Shown here: positions 24,876 through 35,582 of the stretch, in pieces | Layout of the letters: each line of letters starts with the position of its first letter | Numbering within the stretch: position 1 is the stretch's first letter | IMG/VR virus record: IMGVR_UViG_3300028490_000003 | Source: an uncultured virus (IMG/VR IMGVR_UViG_3300028490_000003) | Taxonomy: Duplodnaviria; Heunggongvirae; Uroviricota; Caudoviricetes | Length of the DNA: 64,000 bases | Direction: 5' to 3' (one strand) | Notes under the pieces: generated by a model | What the model saw: only the letters and a program-made list of their open reading frames with translations | Databases searched by the model: none | Told to the model about the DNA's origin: nothing | Program-made: the position numbers and the translations under genes

Positions 24876-27773
24876 TTATTTTTTATATAGGATTCCTCCT
24901 TTTTTCTTCTTATTAAAATAAGCTGCACTAGACCCAACTATAGGCAGCATGCTCATGATCTTTTTAGTCTTACCCATATTGTAGTTATTACGGTATCTAA
25001 ATAAGTTGATCTCATTTCCTTTTTCTTCTATAGATAATTTGTTCTCACCCAAGAAGGTTTCTCTAATAGTCTCCCATGTATCATCTAGTACTTCTTTTTC
25101 GATAGGTTTTCCAGTAAGTTCAGGTGGATTGAATGGACCATATTTTGCATCAAGTCCTCTATTTATCTCATCCGCCTTATCTTTAAGGGCCTGGGGAACA
25201 GCATCGTCATACTCAAGTCTAAAGTTATTATCACCAAGTTTCACTACAACTTCATCGTACTTACCAGGTTCCTTTTTAACCAATAAGTTTTTAAAGTCTC
25301 TTTCTATATGCCCACTATGGTAAACAGCTTTTGTCTCTATCTCACCCTTACCAAATCCTCTACCAGATCTATCTGTGGAACCTGAATAAGAATCTTCCAG
25401 GCTTACATTTATAATATGTTTTTCTTCAGGATTTATAATCAGTCTGATATTAGCTTCTTTTGCAAACTTTGGTCTATTTCCAACACTTAGGTCTACTTTA
25501 CTTAAAGGCTCTGAAGAGAATGAAGATACCAAGAACTCGTCTCCTAGGTTATTAGCCCTATTATATAAAAGCTTAATATCATCGATCATCACACTTAAAT
25601 TCTTTTTAGTATATCCTCCTACCACACTATACAATTGCTTCCCATGTTTATTTAAAATTTTAGGGTTGTAATTAACTAGTCCAGCCTTCTTTAAAGCCTC
25701 AACACTGGCTGCCATCTTAGCATATCTTTCATTATTATACATGAAATGATCGTGCATATCAATGTCAAATTTATTACCAACATATTTATCTTTTAATTCT
25801 TCGTATGTTTTAATCCTATTTGATTTACTTTGTAATACCTCATTAACATGCTTTTTAAAGTTTGGGCTATGTAGGTTTAAATGCATTAATTTTTCCTGTA
25901 TTATTGGGTCAATAGTTTTATAGTAAGAGTCTTGTAGGTACTTTTCATTCTTAATATAATCTGGGTATTTATTTATAGCGTCCTCAACCTTAGGGTAAAA
26001 GTAATCACCACTGTTTAAATAATAAGAATCAGGAATATGGGATATTCCTAAATCGTATAAGTACCCAGGAGAATTAGATTCCATTTCCGCAAAACTTTTA
26101 TTATATCTCTTACCTCTCTCTATTTTTTCTAATAAAGATTTCTCAAAAGTAGTCATATCCATACCTTTAGATATAAGATATTGTGCTGAAGCAAATGCTT
26201 TTTTAGGCTCCCCTGGCACCACTTTCATAATAGTAGATACAGCATCATCAAGATGTTTTATCTTATATATCATTTGTTGGTATTTCTGAGGGTCAGTCAT
26301 TTGTAAAAAAGCCATATCTGTAATATCTATATTATTTCTTTCATAAAGATCATACAAAGAATTTTCTAAGAGTCCAAACTCATGGGCTTTCTCCCCAATC
26401 TTCATTTTCAACATACTATGAGTGGTAGCAAATTCAGCTCTAAACCCTTTATACACATCTTTTATAGCCTCTTTATTTATAACTTTTTTACCCTCTAGTT
26501 TTTTTAGAATAGCATATATACCTTTGGTACCAAATGCTTGTTCATGATACCCAGTACCAACATCCAAAAATCCAGAATCATACACAGCACTTGCTATTTT
26601 ATCATATATAATATCACTTACTTTATTACCTTCCTGTATTGATTCCTTTACTCTACGCCCAAAATTAATCTCATTAAATCCTTCTATTCTTGAATATAAA
26701 GGTCTATATCTATCCTTCATCTTCTCCACCACGACAGCCTTAGCTATCTCTGAATTTTCCCTTGGAGTTTTATGTATATCATATGAAAATGACTCAAGTG
26801 CTTCTGCAACTACTTTCTGATCTTTTCTATGTACCTTATCTAACACATGGGTATTAATAGTAAGTTCATGAATAATTCCAGCCTCCTTTTTAGCCTTAAG
26901 TAGTTTATTAGCTTTTTTAAAATCAGTAATTGTTCCAACTAACTTCGAAGTCTCTAAAGTTCTGGCAGCTTTAATTACTTTTTTAACTTCCCCAATTCCA
27001 ACAATATTTAAAGGGTCTAATAAAGTAGAAGCAACAACATCATCATGCTTAGTTCCAGTAATCATATCACCCATAGAGTAATCTCCACCAGTTAAAAGCT
27101 TGTCAGCCACTACTTTACCTACATTAGATACAATTTCTAAAGGAGCAAGTACTCCCATAGCATTACTAAATGAAGCCATTTTAGGAGATTCACTAGTTTC
27201 TTTAATTTTATTAACTTTTTCTAAATCAGAATATTCATCATCTTGAACATATGTAGCTAGATTATTACTAAGAGGATTAAATGAAGAAAGACTTTGTTTA
27301 AAATCTTGCCATAAAGAAGGTTGAAACTTAGCCTGAGTAGCTATTAGTTCCTGCTCTTCTTTAGTATACTTATTTAACCATTCCCCACGAGATATAAAAG
27401 CCCTTGCTCCTCGATAATCTATACCCTGTTTATCACGATATTCCTTTCTTTCCTCTTTTGTATCAAGAGCCATTATTGCTTCATAATCCTTACTACGTTT
27501 GGTTTCAAGTTTAACAAGAGCATTAGCAACATATTTATTTCTTTCAGCAATCCAATGGTCTTTTAAAGCCCATGATTTCTTTTTATCTATTAATTTTTTA
27601 TTAGAATATTTATTATATACAGGTTTAAATGGGTTAAGCTCCTCATACTCAGCCATTAGAGTATTAAGCCTAGACCCCCTCCCAATAACAACCTCAGGTA
27701 AAACTTCTACCTTATCATTTTCTGGAACAACATCCCCCTGTTGAAACTTTCTATATTTATAAATTAATCCCAT
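24876..27773 (-). CDS. Large protein, probable virion/ejection protein
   Basis: 965 aa with shared terminal motifs MGLIY..KFQQG and KKGGILYKK. Confidence 0.8.
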   Translation of the reverse strand: MGLIYKYRKFQQGDVVPENDKVEVLPEVVIGRGSRLNTLMAEYEELNPFKPVYNKYSNKKLIDKKKSWALKDHWIAERNKYVANALVKLETKRSKDYEAIMALDTKEERKEYRDKQGIDYRGARAFISRGEWLNKYTKEEQELIATQAKFQPSLWQDFKQSLSSFNPLSNNLATYVQDDEYSDLEKVNKIKETSESPKMASFSNAMGVLAPLEIVSNVGKVVADKLLTGGDYSMGDMITGTKHDDVVASTLLDPLNIVGIGEVKKVIKAARTLETSKLVGTITDFKKANKLLKAKKEAGIIHELTINTHVLDKVHRKDQKVVAEALESFSYDIHKTPRENSEIAKAVVVEKMKDRYRPLYSRIEGFNEINFGRRVKESIQEGNKVSDIIYDKIASAVYDSGFLDVGTGYHEQAFGTKGIYAILKKLEGKKVINKEAIKDVYKGFRAEFATTHSMLKMKIGEKAHEFGLLENSLYDLYERNNIDITDMAFLQMTDPQKYQQMIYKIKHLDDAVSTIMKVVPGEPKKAFASAQYLISKGMDMTTFEKSLLEKIERGKRYNKSFAEMESNSPGYLYDLGISHIPDSYYLNSGDYFYPKVEDAINKYPDYIKNEKYLQDSYYKTIDPIIQEKLMHLNLHSPNFKKHVNEVLQSKSNRIKTYEELKDKYVGNKFDIDMHDHFMYNNERYAKMAASVEALKKAGLVNYNPKILNKHGKQLYSVVGGYTKKNLSVMIDDIKLLYNRANNLGDEFLVSSFSSEPLSKVDLSVGNRPKFAKEANIRLIINPEEKHIINVSLEDSYSGSTDRSGRGFGKGEIETKAVYHSGHIERDFKNLLVKKEPGKYDEVVVKLGDNNFRLEYDDAVPQALKDKADEINRGLDAKYGPFNPPELTGKPIEKEVLDDTWETIRETFLGENKLSIEEKGNEINLFRYRNNYNMGKTKKIMSMLPIVGSSAAYFNKKKKGGILYKK

Positions 27774-28372
27774 TAATAAAGTAATTTACCTTTTTCTTTT
27801 ATAACAGTTCTTAAAAAGTTATCTTTAGGAGCAGCACTGTTAAAACTACCTGCATTTATTCTACTACTAGATCCATATAAATCAAATGTAGGCTCAATTT
27901 TACCAAGTTCAGTAGGCAATTGCATCCAACCTTCATTAGGTACATATTCCTGAACTATTTTCTTTCCTGTAAAAGGGTGTTTAATAATTCTTCTGGTAGG
28001 TAATGATTTAAATGCATTAGCTTCAGCACCTCCTCTAAACTTAATACTACTAACTGGAATCTTAGCATGCCTCATACTTATAGGTTTCTTCAGTACTTTA
28101 ACAATTCTAGGAACAGTTTTAAGTAATTTAGCAGGATTACCGACAAGTTCAAGAGCGCCTAAACCAAAAGCACCCCTTTCACGGTTTATATCATCTTGAG
28201 TCTTTAGCCTATAAGCACCTGTACTAGGATCAAACGCATAGTTATCTGGGTTTTTCCTGTCTATAGGGTTTAGTTCTACTATTTCTGGGGCAGCTTCTGT
28301 TTTATCTATAAACACCCTACCTTTTTGAGCCTTTTCAACTCTATTATTGTTCTTTTTATAAAATAAACTCAT
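27773..28372 (-). CDS. probable virion cargo protein
   Basis: Start MSLFYKK..KAQKG; ends KGKLLY. Confidence 0.75.
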   Translation of the reverse strand: MSLFYKKNNNRVEKAQKGRVFIDKTEAAPEIVELNPIDRKNPDNYAFDPSTGAYRLKTQDDINRERGAFGLGALELVGNPAKLLKTVPRIVKVLKKPISMRHAKIPVSSIKFRGGAEANAFKSLPTRRIIKHPFTGKKIVQEYVPNEGWMQLPTELGKIEPTFDLYGSSSRINAGSFNSAAPKDNFLRTVIKEKGKLLY

Positions 28373-28373
28373 A

Positions 28374-29729
28374 TTATATACTATTATTATTATTTTTATT
28401 ATTATCATAAACAGCTTTACCTACAACTACAGGTGCAACGCCATAAGGGGTCACATTCATCAGCTTAGCAAAGGCTTCAGGGGATTTAATAAAGTTATGA
28501 TATCTTCTAAAGGTAATAGCACCATTTTCCTGCATCATACTTTTAATCATATTAGGACTAATAACATCAGTGACATTATTAATAAAACCAAACTTCTTCA
28601 ACTCATCTCTCATATTAGTTCCAACAAAAGACATAACTTCCGTAGGTTGAGATATATACTTATAATCTTCATTTAAACTACTACCACCAAAGACACTTCT
28701 AAGCATCTCATCCATAGGATCTTCTTCAACTTCTTTAAGAGCATCCTTGATAAGCTGTTCATATTTAGGACCAATTCTATGCCCACTAATATTAGTAAGA
28801 TGTTTTAATTCATGAGAAACTGTAGTAAATAAGTCTCCCCTATCTGCAATAACTGGTTGATTAACCATTACTTCCCTTAAAGAATGGTCAGCAACATCAT
28901 TAAATTGTTTTCTTTGAAATAAATTAGGATAAGGCCCTTCAAAGTTTGTACTAAATGACCCAGCTGTATTACTATTAGGATGAAACTTAACTTTAATCTC
29001 GTTCATATCAAACTTATTCAACACATGTAAACCATCTGTAGCAATAGGATTACGCTCAAGTTCAGCAAGTTTATTATATATAGCAAGATTAGCAGGTGAA
29101 TTAGCCAAATCTCTATATTTCACACCATCAGCAACAGCCTCTTTTTTAAACTTATTCTTAACCCCTAAGAAAGTCACAAATTTCTCTGCTTCGTCATCAA
29201 TCCCCATAGGACCCTTAGGTGTACCTACACCAGCCATTGGGTTAACAAGCTCATTAGCAACGCCTGCTACAGCACGGATCGGAGATCCACTGAAGGTAGA
29301 CGCTGGAGCGAACCCTACTGCGAGAGCAGTATTTATAATTGCCGAAGGCAACTTTGAACCACCAAGTGATAGCATTGCTTTAGCTTTATCATTGATACTT
29401 AGGTTACTATACTTTATTTTATTGTATTCAAGGCGTTCTTCAGGACTAAATTTACCTAGTGTTTCTGGTTGTTCTAGTAATTGAAGTAGTTTTGCACCTA
29501 TTGGAACATCTCCAAGTACATCTTCTGTGTATTGTTTATCTGTAGCTACTTGAATTGGAGTTCTATTATCCTGTCTTACCTGTGTCTGAGATTCATCCTG
29601 TAAATTACGTACTCTTTGCTCCTCATTACGCTTACTGGTAATGTCATAAGTCTCATAACCAGGTTCTTTTCTAACGATGGTCCCTAATTGAGCTTTTATA
29701 GCAGGTGATTTTTTATATAGTAATCCCAT
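28374..29729 (-). CDS. Zincin-like metalloprotease-domain protein
   Basis: SHELKHL (HExxH), Y..QPTEV; N-terminal MGLLY..KAQLG. Confidence 0.75.
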   Translation of the reverse strand: MGLLYKKSPAIKAQLGTIVRKEPGYETYDITSKRNEEQRVRNLQDESQTQVRQDNRTPIQVATDKQYTEDVLGDVPIGAKLLQLLEQPETLGKFSPEERLEYNKIKYSNLSINDKAKAMLSLGGSKLPSAIINTALAVGFAPASTFSGSPIRAVAGVANELVNPMAGVGTPKGPMGIDDEAEKFVTFLGVKNKFKKEAVADGVKYRDLANSPANLAIYNKLAELERNPIATDGLHVLNKFDMNEIKVKFHPNSNTAGSFSTNFEGPYPNLFQRKQFNDVADHSLREVMVNQPVIADRGDLFTTVSHELKHLTNISGHRIGPKYEQLIKDALKEVEEDPMDEMLRSVFGGSSLNEDYKYISQPTEVMSFVGTNMRDELKKFGFINNVTDVISPNMIKSMMQENGAITFRRYHNFIKSPEAFAKLMNVTPYGVAPVVVGKAVYDNNKNNNNSI

Positions 29730-29735
29730 TTATTA

Positions 29736-30401
29736 TTATCTTGAAGGAGTGAATGGTTGAATTGGTTTAACAGGAGCTGCTTTAACCGCCTCTTGTCTTT
29801 TAAACTGTACTGTAGGAAGAGGTTTTTTAAAATTAAAATTAAATTTAGGGTTATCTTTCCTCAGCCGAGTTTTTTGATCATATGTTAAATTAGTATTCTT
29901 GTTATACTGTGACCCAGGGGTAATACCAAAGGTACCACTTTCTGTAGTAGATACTCTAAAGCGATCATTCTTAGGTTTATAATGTCTAACTCCATTTTCA
30001 TCAGTAACTATCTGATCCTGCCCATGACTACCTAGATTAATTCTTCTTGATAAAGACCTGGAGTCGCGAGTACTATCTATATGCTTATATAATGCATCCA
30101 GTACAGAAGCCCCAGGCTTATTAAATTCTATCTTATTCCCTCGAGAATGATTTTTATTAAACGCTCTTATTTCAGCAATTTCATTATCACTTAGTTCTGA
30201 GTGTTTGATCATATCCTCTGTAGCTGCGTTTGATCTTAAATTACTTGTAGTAAAAGACCCTTCATCAAAAGAATAGTTCTTATAATTATTTTTCTTAGCT
30301 ACATTGTACATTCTAACCCCAATACTTGAGCGTCTGTTAGGAACTGTAGTAGTATCTAATTTTTTAGTAGGATCCCCGTGGTTATTTCCGTAAAGTAGCA
30401 T
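29736..30401 (-). CDS. hypothetical protein
   Basis: 221 aa. Confidence 0.8.
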   Translation of the reverse strand: MLLYGNNHGDPTKKLDTTTVPNRRSSIGVRMYNVAKKNNYKNYSFDEGSFTTSNLRSNAATEDMIKHSELSDNEIAEIRAFNKNHSRGNKIEFNKPGASVLDALYKHIDSTRDSRSLSRRINLGSHGQDQIVTDENGVRHYKPKNDRFRVSTTESGTFGITPGSQYNKNTNLTYDQKTRLRKDNPKFNFNFKKPLPTVQFKRQEAVKAAPVKPIQPFTPSR

Positions 30402-30413
30402 AAATATTATATT

Positions 30414-30827
30414 TTAATGTATTAATCTTCCGTTAATATAGTATCCTCCTTTAAGTTTTGGATTCATTCTATTAATCTCTGTTCTAATGTTAGCATGATT
30501 CTCAGCAGATCTATATGCACCAGTAGCTTCGAATTGAGGGCGCCCGTTACGTAAACCTCCAGTTTGTTGTACATGTCTATTATACCTACCTACATCATAT
30601 CGTACAGGAGCAGCTCCACCAGTTGGGCCTAACCCAGATTGTTGGAATTCTTCTCTAGTCATTTCATTTCCAGGGATAACGTTATCTTCTGGAGCTATTG
30701 CTATAGTAGAACGGTTCGCAGTTGGTGCTACTCTAGTAGCTTGTACAGCTCTATTCGCTTGTACAGTTCTTGGGGCTTTAGGATTAACTTCCATAGGACC
30801 TCCCATTTGTTTTTTAATATATGTCAT
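30414..30827 (-). CDS. hypothetical protein (KKQMGG motif)
   Basis: 137 aa. Confidence 0.8.
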   Translation of the reverse strand: MTYIKKQMGGPMEVNPKAPRTVQANRAVQATRVAPTANRSTIAIAPEDNVIPGNEMTREEFQQSGLGPTGGAAPVRYDVGRYNRHVQQTGGLRNGRPQFEATGAYRSAENHANIRTEINRMNPKLKGGYYINGRLIH

Positions 30828-30832
30828 AATTA

Positions 30833-31897
30833 TTAATGTTTAAATTCTTTATAGAATGTTTTCTTTTTACTCTTTACTAATTTATTACCAGAAGATTTTT
30901 TAGTTCTGATAAGTATATCTTTTTTAATCTCTTTACTTTTTCTTTTTACAGCTTTTTTTAAATCTTTACTTTTATCTGGGCTAGAATCTCTTTTAATATG
31001 TCTTGGTACGCCATTATATACTGTTCCACCAGCTTGCGCTTTAATAGCTTTTTCTTTTCTAAGCGTCCATTCACTTGTGTCTATTTGATCTTTTTCAGAC
31101 AGATTTTTAAACTCTGTGCCTGGGCTTCTAAATAGAAATGGAACTATATAGTCTAAAGAGTTTAAGTTATCTTTTTCTATCTCAGATATTTTATTATTTA
31201 AGTTCTTTATATGCTCATTATTCTTATACACCTTTCCAAAACTATCTCCAACCCAACCTTTATATACATCTTGGATAGTAGATATACCTTTTAGATAATT
31301 AGTTAAAGGTATTTTAGTAGAGTAATGCATATGAACTAAAGCAAGTTTGGCCTGGTCTTCAGCACTTAATTCTCTTATATCTTTTGCATTTAATATAGTC
31401 TCAAAAGATTTTTTATTAAGTTTGTATTTTTTAATAGTATTCCTAATACGCTGTTTATCAGTAGTAAAGGCATCGTTAGTAAGTTGAAAATACCCTTTAG
31501 CAGACGATAATGGCTTACCAGTCTTTTTACTTATGCTTGCACGTATATTTTTACGCCTAGTTTCAGCATATGATACAGTTCCTAAAAGCTTTAGAAAATC
31601 TACATATTCGTCTGGATCATTTCCTCTAAGTATTGTAAATAGGTCATTTAATTCTGAGCTTCTTGCCGTAGCTAGTCCTTGTTCATTAGGTCCTAAAGGT
31701 TTAATAACATCATCTATAATAGGAAGTCCTTCTATATCTTGACTCACAGCTGGAGGGCCCATTGAAAAATAATCCTTTGGAATCTCCTTGGGGGTATTAT
31801 CTAGGGGGCCTGACGGCAGATAAGTATTCTTATATAGATGGTAACCACCTATTTGTAACTTCCTGACATTGTTGTTGTTATGATATATTAAAGCCAT
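30833..31897 (-). CDS. Lysozyme/SLT-like transglycosylase-domain protein
   Basis: YAET...SSAKGYFQLT, the catalytic E plus A-x-G-x-F-Q motif. Confidence 0.65.
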   Translation of the reverse strand: MALIYHNNNNVRKLQIGGYHLYKNTYLPSGPLDNTPKEIPKDYFSMGPPAVSQDIEGLPIIDDVIKPLGPNEQGLATARSSELNDLFTILRGNDPDEYVDFLKLLGTVSYAETRRKNIRASISKKTGKPLSSAKGYFQLTNDAFTTDKQRIRNTIKKYKLNKKSFETILNAKDIRELSAEDQAKLALVHMHYSTKIPLTNYLKGISTIQDVYKGWVGDSFGKVYKNNEHIKNLNNKISEIEKDNLNSLDYIVPFLFRSPGTEFKNLSEKDQIDTSEWTLRKEKAIKAQAGGTVYNGVPRHIKRDSSPDKSKDLKKAVKRKSKEIKKDILIRTKKSSGNKLVKSKKKTFYKEFKH

Positions 31898-31926
31898 TCT
31901 TATTTTTATATTAATGCATACAGGTA

Positions 31927-31938
31927 TATAATACTAAA
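31927..31938 (-). promoter_or_regulatory. TTTAGTATTAT promoter-like motif (leftward)
   Basis: Upstream of the first gene of the cargo cassette. Confidence 0.65.
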
Positions 31939-32163
31939 AAATATCCACTTAACTGTTGTTTTACCTCATTTTTTCTTTTGGGGAGGAGCACTTGTGCGAG
32001 GGGTTTTTATAGGCAAAAGGTCAGGCCAGCGCAGTAAGCGAGCACGGTCGACCTTAACGGAGAGAGGAGTACACGTGTGTGCTACGGTTCTTTGGGAAGA
32101 GGTTGCCGTCCCTGTATATGTAGTCGCCTCTGTAGGGTGCATAAACACTGGGGCTAACAAAAA

Positions 32164-32207
32164 TATAGCGGTAAAATATGACACTTATAGCGGTAAAATA
32201 TGACACT
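32164..32207. repeat. Perfect tandem repeat 2 x 22 bp TATAGCGGTAAAATATGACACT
   Basis: Direct reading. Confidence 0.95.
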
Positions 32208-32230
32208 TTTTTACAATAAAGTGCTAAAAA

Positions 32231-32242
32231 TTTAGTATTATG
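32231..32242 (+). promoter_or_regulatory. TTTAGTATTAT promoter-like motif (rightward)
   Basis: Upstream of 32260. Confidence 0.65.
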
Positions 32243-32259
32243 TATATACACTTTTTAAT

Positions 32260-33075
32260 ATGACAGAAAATAAAGTAATTATAGGTAGGATTAAACAATT
32301 GTTTGCCTACACTCATCGAGGAGACGATAATAATATGACTGATATGGGAGTGCACGCTAGAGTGCCGTTAAAATTTAGGAACAAGTTAAGTAGTAATGAG
32401 CTATTTGTACTTTCTTTTATAGAGATTCATCAATTTATGGATAAAAAAGCTATAATAAAGAGTGCACTTAGACGTCCTATGCCTATAAAGATGTTTGTAG
32501 CAGTATTAAACATATCTGAGAAATCTATTAGAACTGTACTAAATAGTCTTAAGCAAAAAGACTTTATTAGTGAGGTAATTACTTCTGACGGTAAAAAGAA
32601 ATCCTACATAAGTAATATACGTAAGAAAGGAGTTAAGTATCAAATACTTACTTTAAAGTTCCTTCTACAACCTATTTTTTCTAAATTAACACGAGACTTC
32701 TTAATAAAAGTATTAATGATTGATAACGAAAGAATTTATAACCTTGGTAATATCGCTGAACTATGTAGACAGGTAGATATATCTAGGAACAGTTTAAAAA
32801 AAGTACTAGAAGAATTGGTAGGCCTTGGATTATTATATGAGGTTGAAGAAGGTATTTTTGGTATAAATATAAAGTTCATGTCAGAGACTTTAGATATAGC
32901 AAATTACCAAGAGATGATTGACATGAAAGTCGAGATATTTGATAAAGATGTTGAGATTCAAAAGCTTAGAGATGAGATAGTTGGATTAAAAAAAGAAATT
33001 CTGGCATTAAGAACTAGTAATGATAATATGAGTAGTAAATTTAAAAGACTAAATAAGAATATAGTGAATTTATAA
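32260..33075 (+). CDS. Tandem winged-HTH DNA-binding protein with C-terminal coiled coil (possible replication initiator)
   Basis: LNISEKSIRTVLNSLKQKDFI and LCRQVDISRNSLKKVLEELVGLGLL. Confidence 0.7.
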   Translation: MTENKVIIGRIKQLFAYTHRGDDNNMTDMGVHARVPLKFRNKLSSNELFVLSFIEIHQFMDKKAIIKSALRRPMPIKMFVAVLNISEKSIRTVLNSLKQKDFISEVITSDGKKKSYISNIRKKGVKYQILTLKFLLQPIFSKLTRDFLIKVLMIDNERIYNLGNIAELCRQVDISRNSLKKVLEELVGLGLLYEVEEGIFGINIKFMSETLDIANYQEMIDMKVEIFDKDVEIQKLRDEIVGLKKEILALRTSNDNMSSKFKRLNKNIVNL

Positions 33076-33083
33076 ATGATAAT

Positions 33084-33770
33084 ATGAAAAAAATGTTTAC
33101 TTATATATTAAAGGATAAGAAGCTTAATATATATAAAATAGGAAAAACTACAAATCCTCCAAATAGATTTAGGGCGCTTTGTAAATTACCAGAGATAGTA
33201 CCAATAGCGTTAATAGATGCTGACTATGAATCAGTCTTACATGAGATGTTTGATAGTAATAGAATAATTTTAAATGATAAAGTTGACTCTGGGAAAACTG
33301 AATGGTTTAAAAGTGGGGGTAAGTTTGATGAATTTATAGACGATATGGATCAAACTCTTACATTACCATATATGAGCCCGCATATACTTATAGATAAGTT
33401 AGAGAGCGTTGGAAAATTTAAAGTTTATGGGTATAATAGTGATTGGAAGTTTTCACAGATAGATGTGGGTAGATATATGGTAGGAACGCGTGTTTTAGAA
33501 GCACTGAATGTTATTAAAAATGGCATTGTACTCCCAGATTTTGAGAAATATGTAGACACATTCAACTCTAAAGTAATATTAAACGAAGAGGTAATTAAAT
33601 ATATTGTAGATAATTATGATGTGGGAATTACTGAGAAAGGAAATGAAGCTATTTTCAATGATATAAAAGATGAAAAGAGTATAATTACTAATATTAAATT
33701 TAAAAAAGAAAAAACTATCTTTATTATATTGATAAAAAATAGTATTATTAAGAAAGAAAATTACTTTTAA
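33084..33770 (+). CDS. GIY-YIG-like (T5orf172/MUG113) domain protein
   Basis: TYIL.....YKIGKTTNP..R...E..LH..F.........EWF. Confidence 0.75.
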   Translation: MKKMFTYILKDKKLNIYKIGKTTNPPNRFRALCKLPEIVPIALIDADYESVLHEMFDSNRIILNDKVDSGKTEWFKSGGKFDEFIDDMDQTLTLPYMSPHILIDKLESVGKFKVYGYNSDWKFSQIDVGRYMVGTRVLEALNVIKNGIVLPDFEKYVDTFNSKVILNEEVIKYIVDNYDVGITEKGNEAIFNDIKDEKSIITNIKFKKEKTIFIILIKNSIIKKENYF

Positions 33771-33787
33771 TAAAAAATTACATAATT

Positions 33788-34633
33788 ATGGCACGAGGTT
33801 TAATTTATAATAAGAATAAAATATACAAATTTCAATTAGGAGGGCGTACATTCAGTGGAAGATTAACACAACATTTTAAAAATCTTTTTGGAATAGGAGA
33901 TACTTACTCTCCACCAGCAGTTACTCCCCCAGATGATTCTGTTTATGTACCAGATACTTATGGAGGTGCTTCTATTAGCAGCGAATCCGCGGGTGCCATT
34001 CCAGGAGTTTCACCAGAAGAAAGAGATCTTTATTATAATCACCCTTTTAGTAAACAAGGTTTACAAGCAGCAGAGGCTGGAGTATATACTACACCAGAAT
34101 TTAAAGCTGACGCTACTATCGATATGCCAGTAAGTGTTGAAGAAGCTATTGCTGAAGCTAATAATCAAGATGATCGTAATAAAGAAGCAGATAAGATAGG
34201 AAGAATACAACAAAAATTAATTGAGTATGGATTTTTATCTGGGGATGGAGATGAAAAGGCAGATAAGATATTGGGTCCTAAGACAATAGCAGCTATGGCA
34301 AAAGTAGCAGCTATCCAAAAACAATTTGGAATAGAGGATGATGGTATTATAGGACCAGAAACATTACGTGAAATAGGTAAAGAAAAACTTAAAAATATAT
34401 CCCTTAGTTTGAATGCTGGGAAATCAACTACAATAGATGATGGCGACGAGGTTGCACAAATGTATGCTAGTGTAGACAGAGCAGCAGCAGCTAGAGGAAT
34501 AAGTACAGAAGATGCTATGAAAGCGTCTATGGGGATTACTCCAGAAACAGATGCTATGGAAGCTATAGTTAAGATGAAAGAAGGTAATCTTCCGTATCAA
34601 ATACATAAAAAAGGAGGGCTTTTCTATAGATAA
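33788..34633 (+). CDS. Peptidoglycan-binding-domain protein with cargo-type terminal motifs
   Basis: IQQKLIEYGF...DKILGPKT and DGIIGPET; N-terminal GLIY..KFQLGG, C-terminal KKGGLFYR. Confidence 0.75.
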   Translation: MARGLIYNKNKIYKFQLGGRTFSGRLTQHFKNLFGIGDTYSPPAVTPPDDSVYVPDTYGGASISSESAGAIPGVSPEERDLYYNHPFSKQGLQAAEAGVYTTPEFKADATIDMPVSVEEAIAEANNQDDRNKEADKIGRIQQKLIEYGFLSGDGDEKADKILGPKTIAAMAKVAAIQKQFGIEDDGIIGPETLREIGKEKLKNISLSLNAGKSTTIDDGDEVAQMYASVDRAAAARGISTEDAMKASMGITPETDAMEAIVKMKEGNLPYQIHKKGGLFYR

Positions 34634-34671
34634 GAATAAGCTTGAAATAATGATAATGAAAATAAGAAAAT

Positions 34672-35571
34672 ATGTTAATAGACGACTCAAGGCCAGAGCT
34701 ATATATAGATAATATAGAGTGCCAAAATCTGTCTTCGGATAAGGAAGTATTCTTTATAGAGGACGGGCATAAATATTATCATAAAGATGATATTGTAAAT
34801 AATAAAATTATCCCTTTCGAAGATTCTAAATATAAGTTTAGATCTCCTACAGGTATTCTAGCAGAATTCAAAGAATACTTCGACACAGAATTTCAGGCTA
34901 AGAAATATGTAAAGAAACATGAGTTAGATATAACATGGGAAGAGCAGGCTGCTTTGTGGAAAGCAAAAGGAGATAAAGCTTCTGAAGAAGGTACTTTACT
35001 TCACGGCTATGCTGAAGCTATTTGGAATAAGTGGCCCATGGATACCCCTGATAATATCAAATCTAAATACGTGCATATAATGCATAAAGAGCTCTCAGCT
35101 AATAAGATACTAGCAAAAACTGAATTATTAGTATACTCTAGAATTTTACGTATAGCGGGGCAGGTAGATTTACTAATGAGAAATCAGGATGGAAGTGAGT
35201 ATTATATTCTAGATTATAAGTTTATAAAGGCTCCTCTAGAAAGAAAAAGCTGGTTTAATCCTAGAACCAGGAAGTATAAAATGATGAAGGGCCCATTTAG
35301 TAGATTATATGATAGTAATTATTATCATTATAGTATACAAATGGAGTTCTATAGATATTTAATGGGTAATGTAGGTAAAAAAGTAACTGAAAAGAAGTTA
35401 TTAGTATTTACACCAGAGAAATATGAAAGTATTGAAGGATACGATATAAAAATATGGGTTAGTAGCAAAGGTATATTACACGCTAGATACAAAGATTACA
35501 GAGGTAAACTTTACGATAGTTCAAAAGATAAAAAATACCTTGCGGGCCCTTTTAAAGTAATAGAAATATAA
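34672..35571 (+). CDS. PD-(D/E)XK nuclease (RecB/Cas4-like fold)
   Basis: GTLLHGYAE...E...IAGQVDLL...ILDYK...YSIQMEFY. Confidence 0.85.
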   Translation: MLIDDSRPELYIDNIECQNLSSDKEVFFIEDGHKYYHKDDIVNNKIIPFEDSKYKFRSPTGILAEFKEYFDTEFQAKKYVKKHELDITWEEQAALWKAKGDKASEEGTLLHGYAEAIWNKWPMDTPDNIKSKYVHIMHKELSANKILAKTELLVYSRILRIAGQVDLLMRNQDGSEYYILDYKFIKAPLERKSWFNPRTRKYKMMKGPFSRLYDSNYYHYSIQMEFYRYLMGNVGKKVTEKKLLVFTPEKYESIEGYDIKIWVSSKGILHARYKDYRGKLYDSSKDKKYLAGPFKVIEI

Positions 35572-35582
35572 ATATAGAAGAT

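Noticed and set aside
31966..32251. Short ORFs in the divergent intergenic region
   Set aside because: Mutually overlapping, atypical composition, and spanning the tandem repeat and promoter motif
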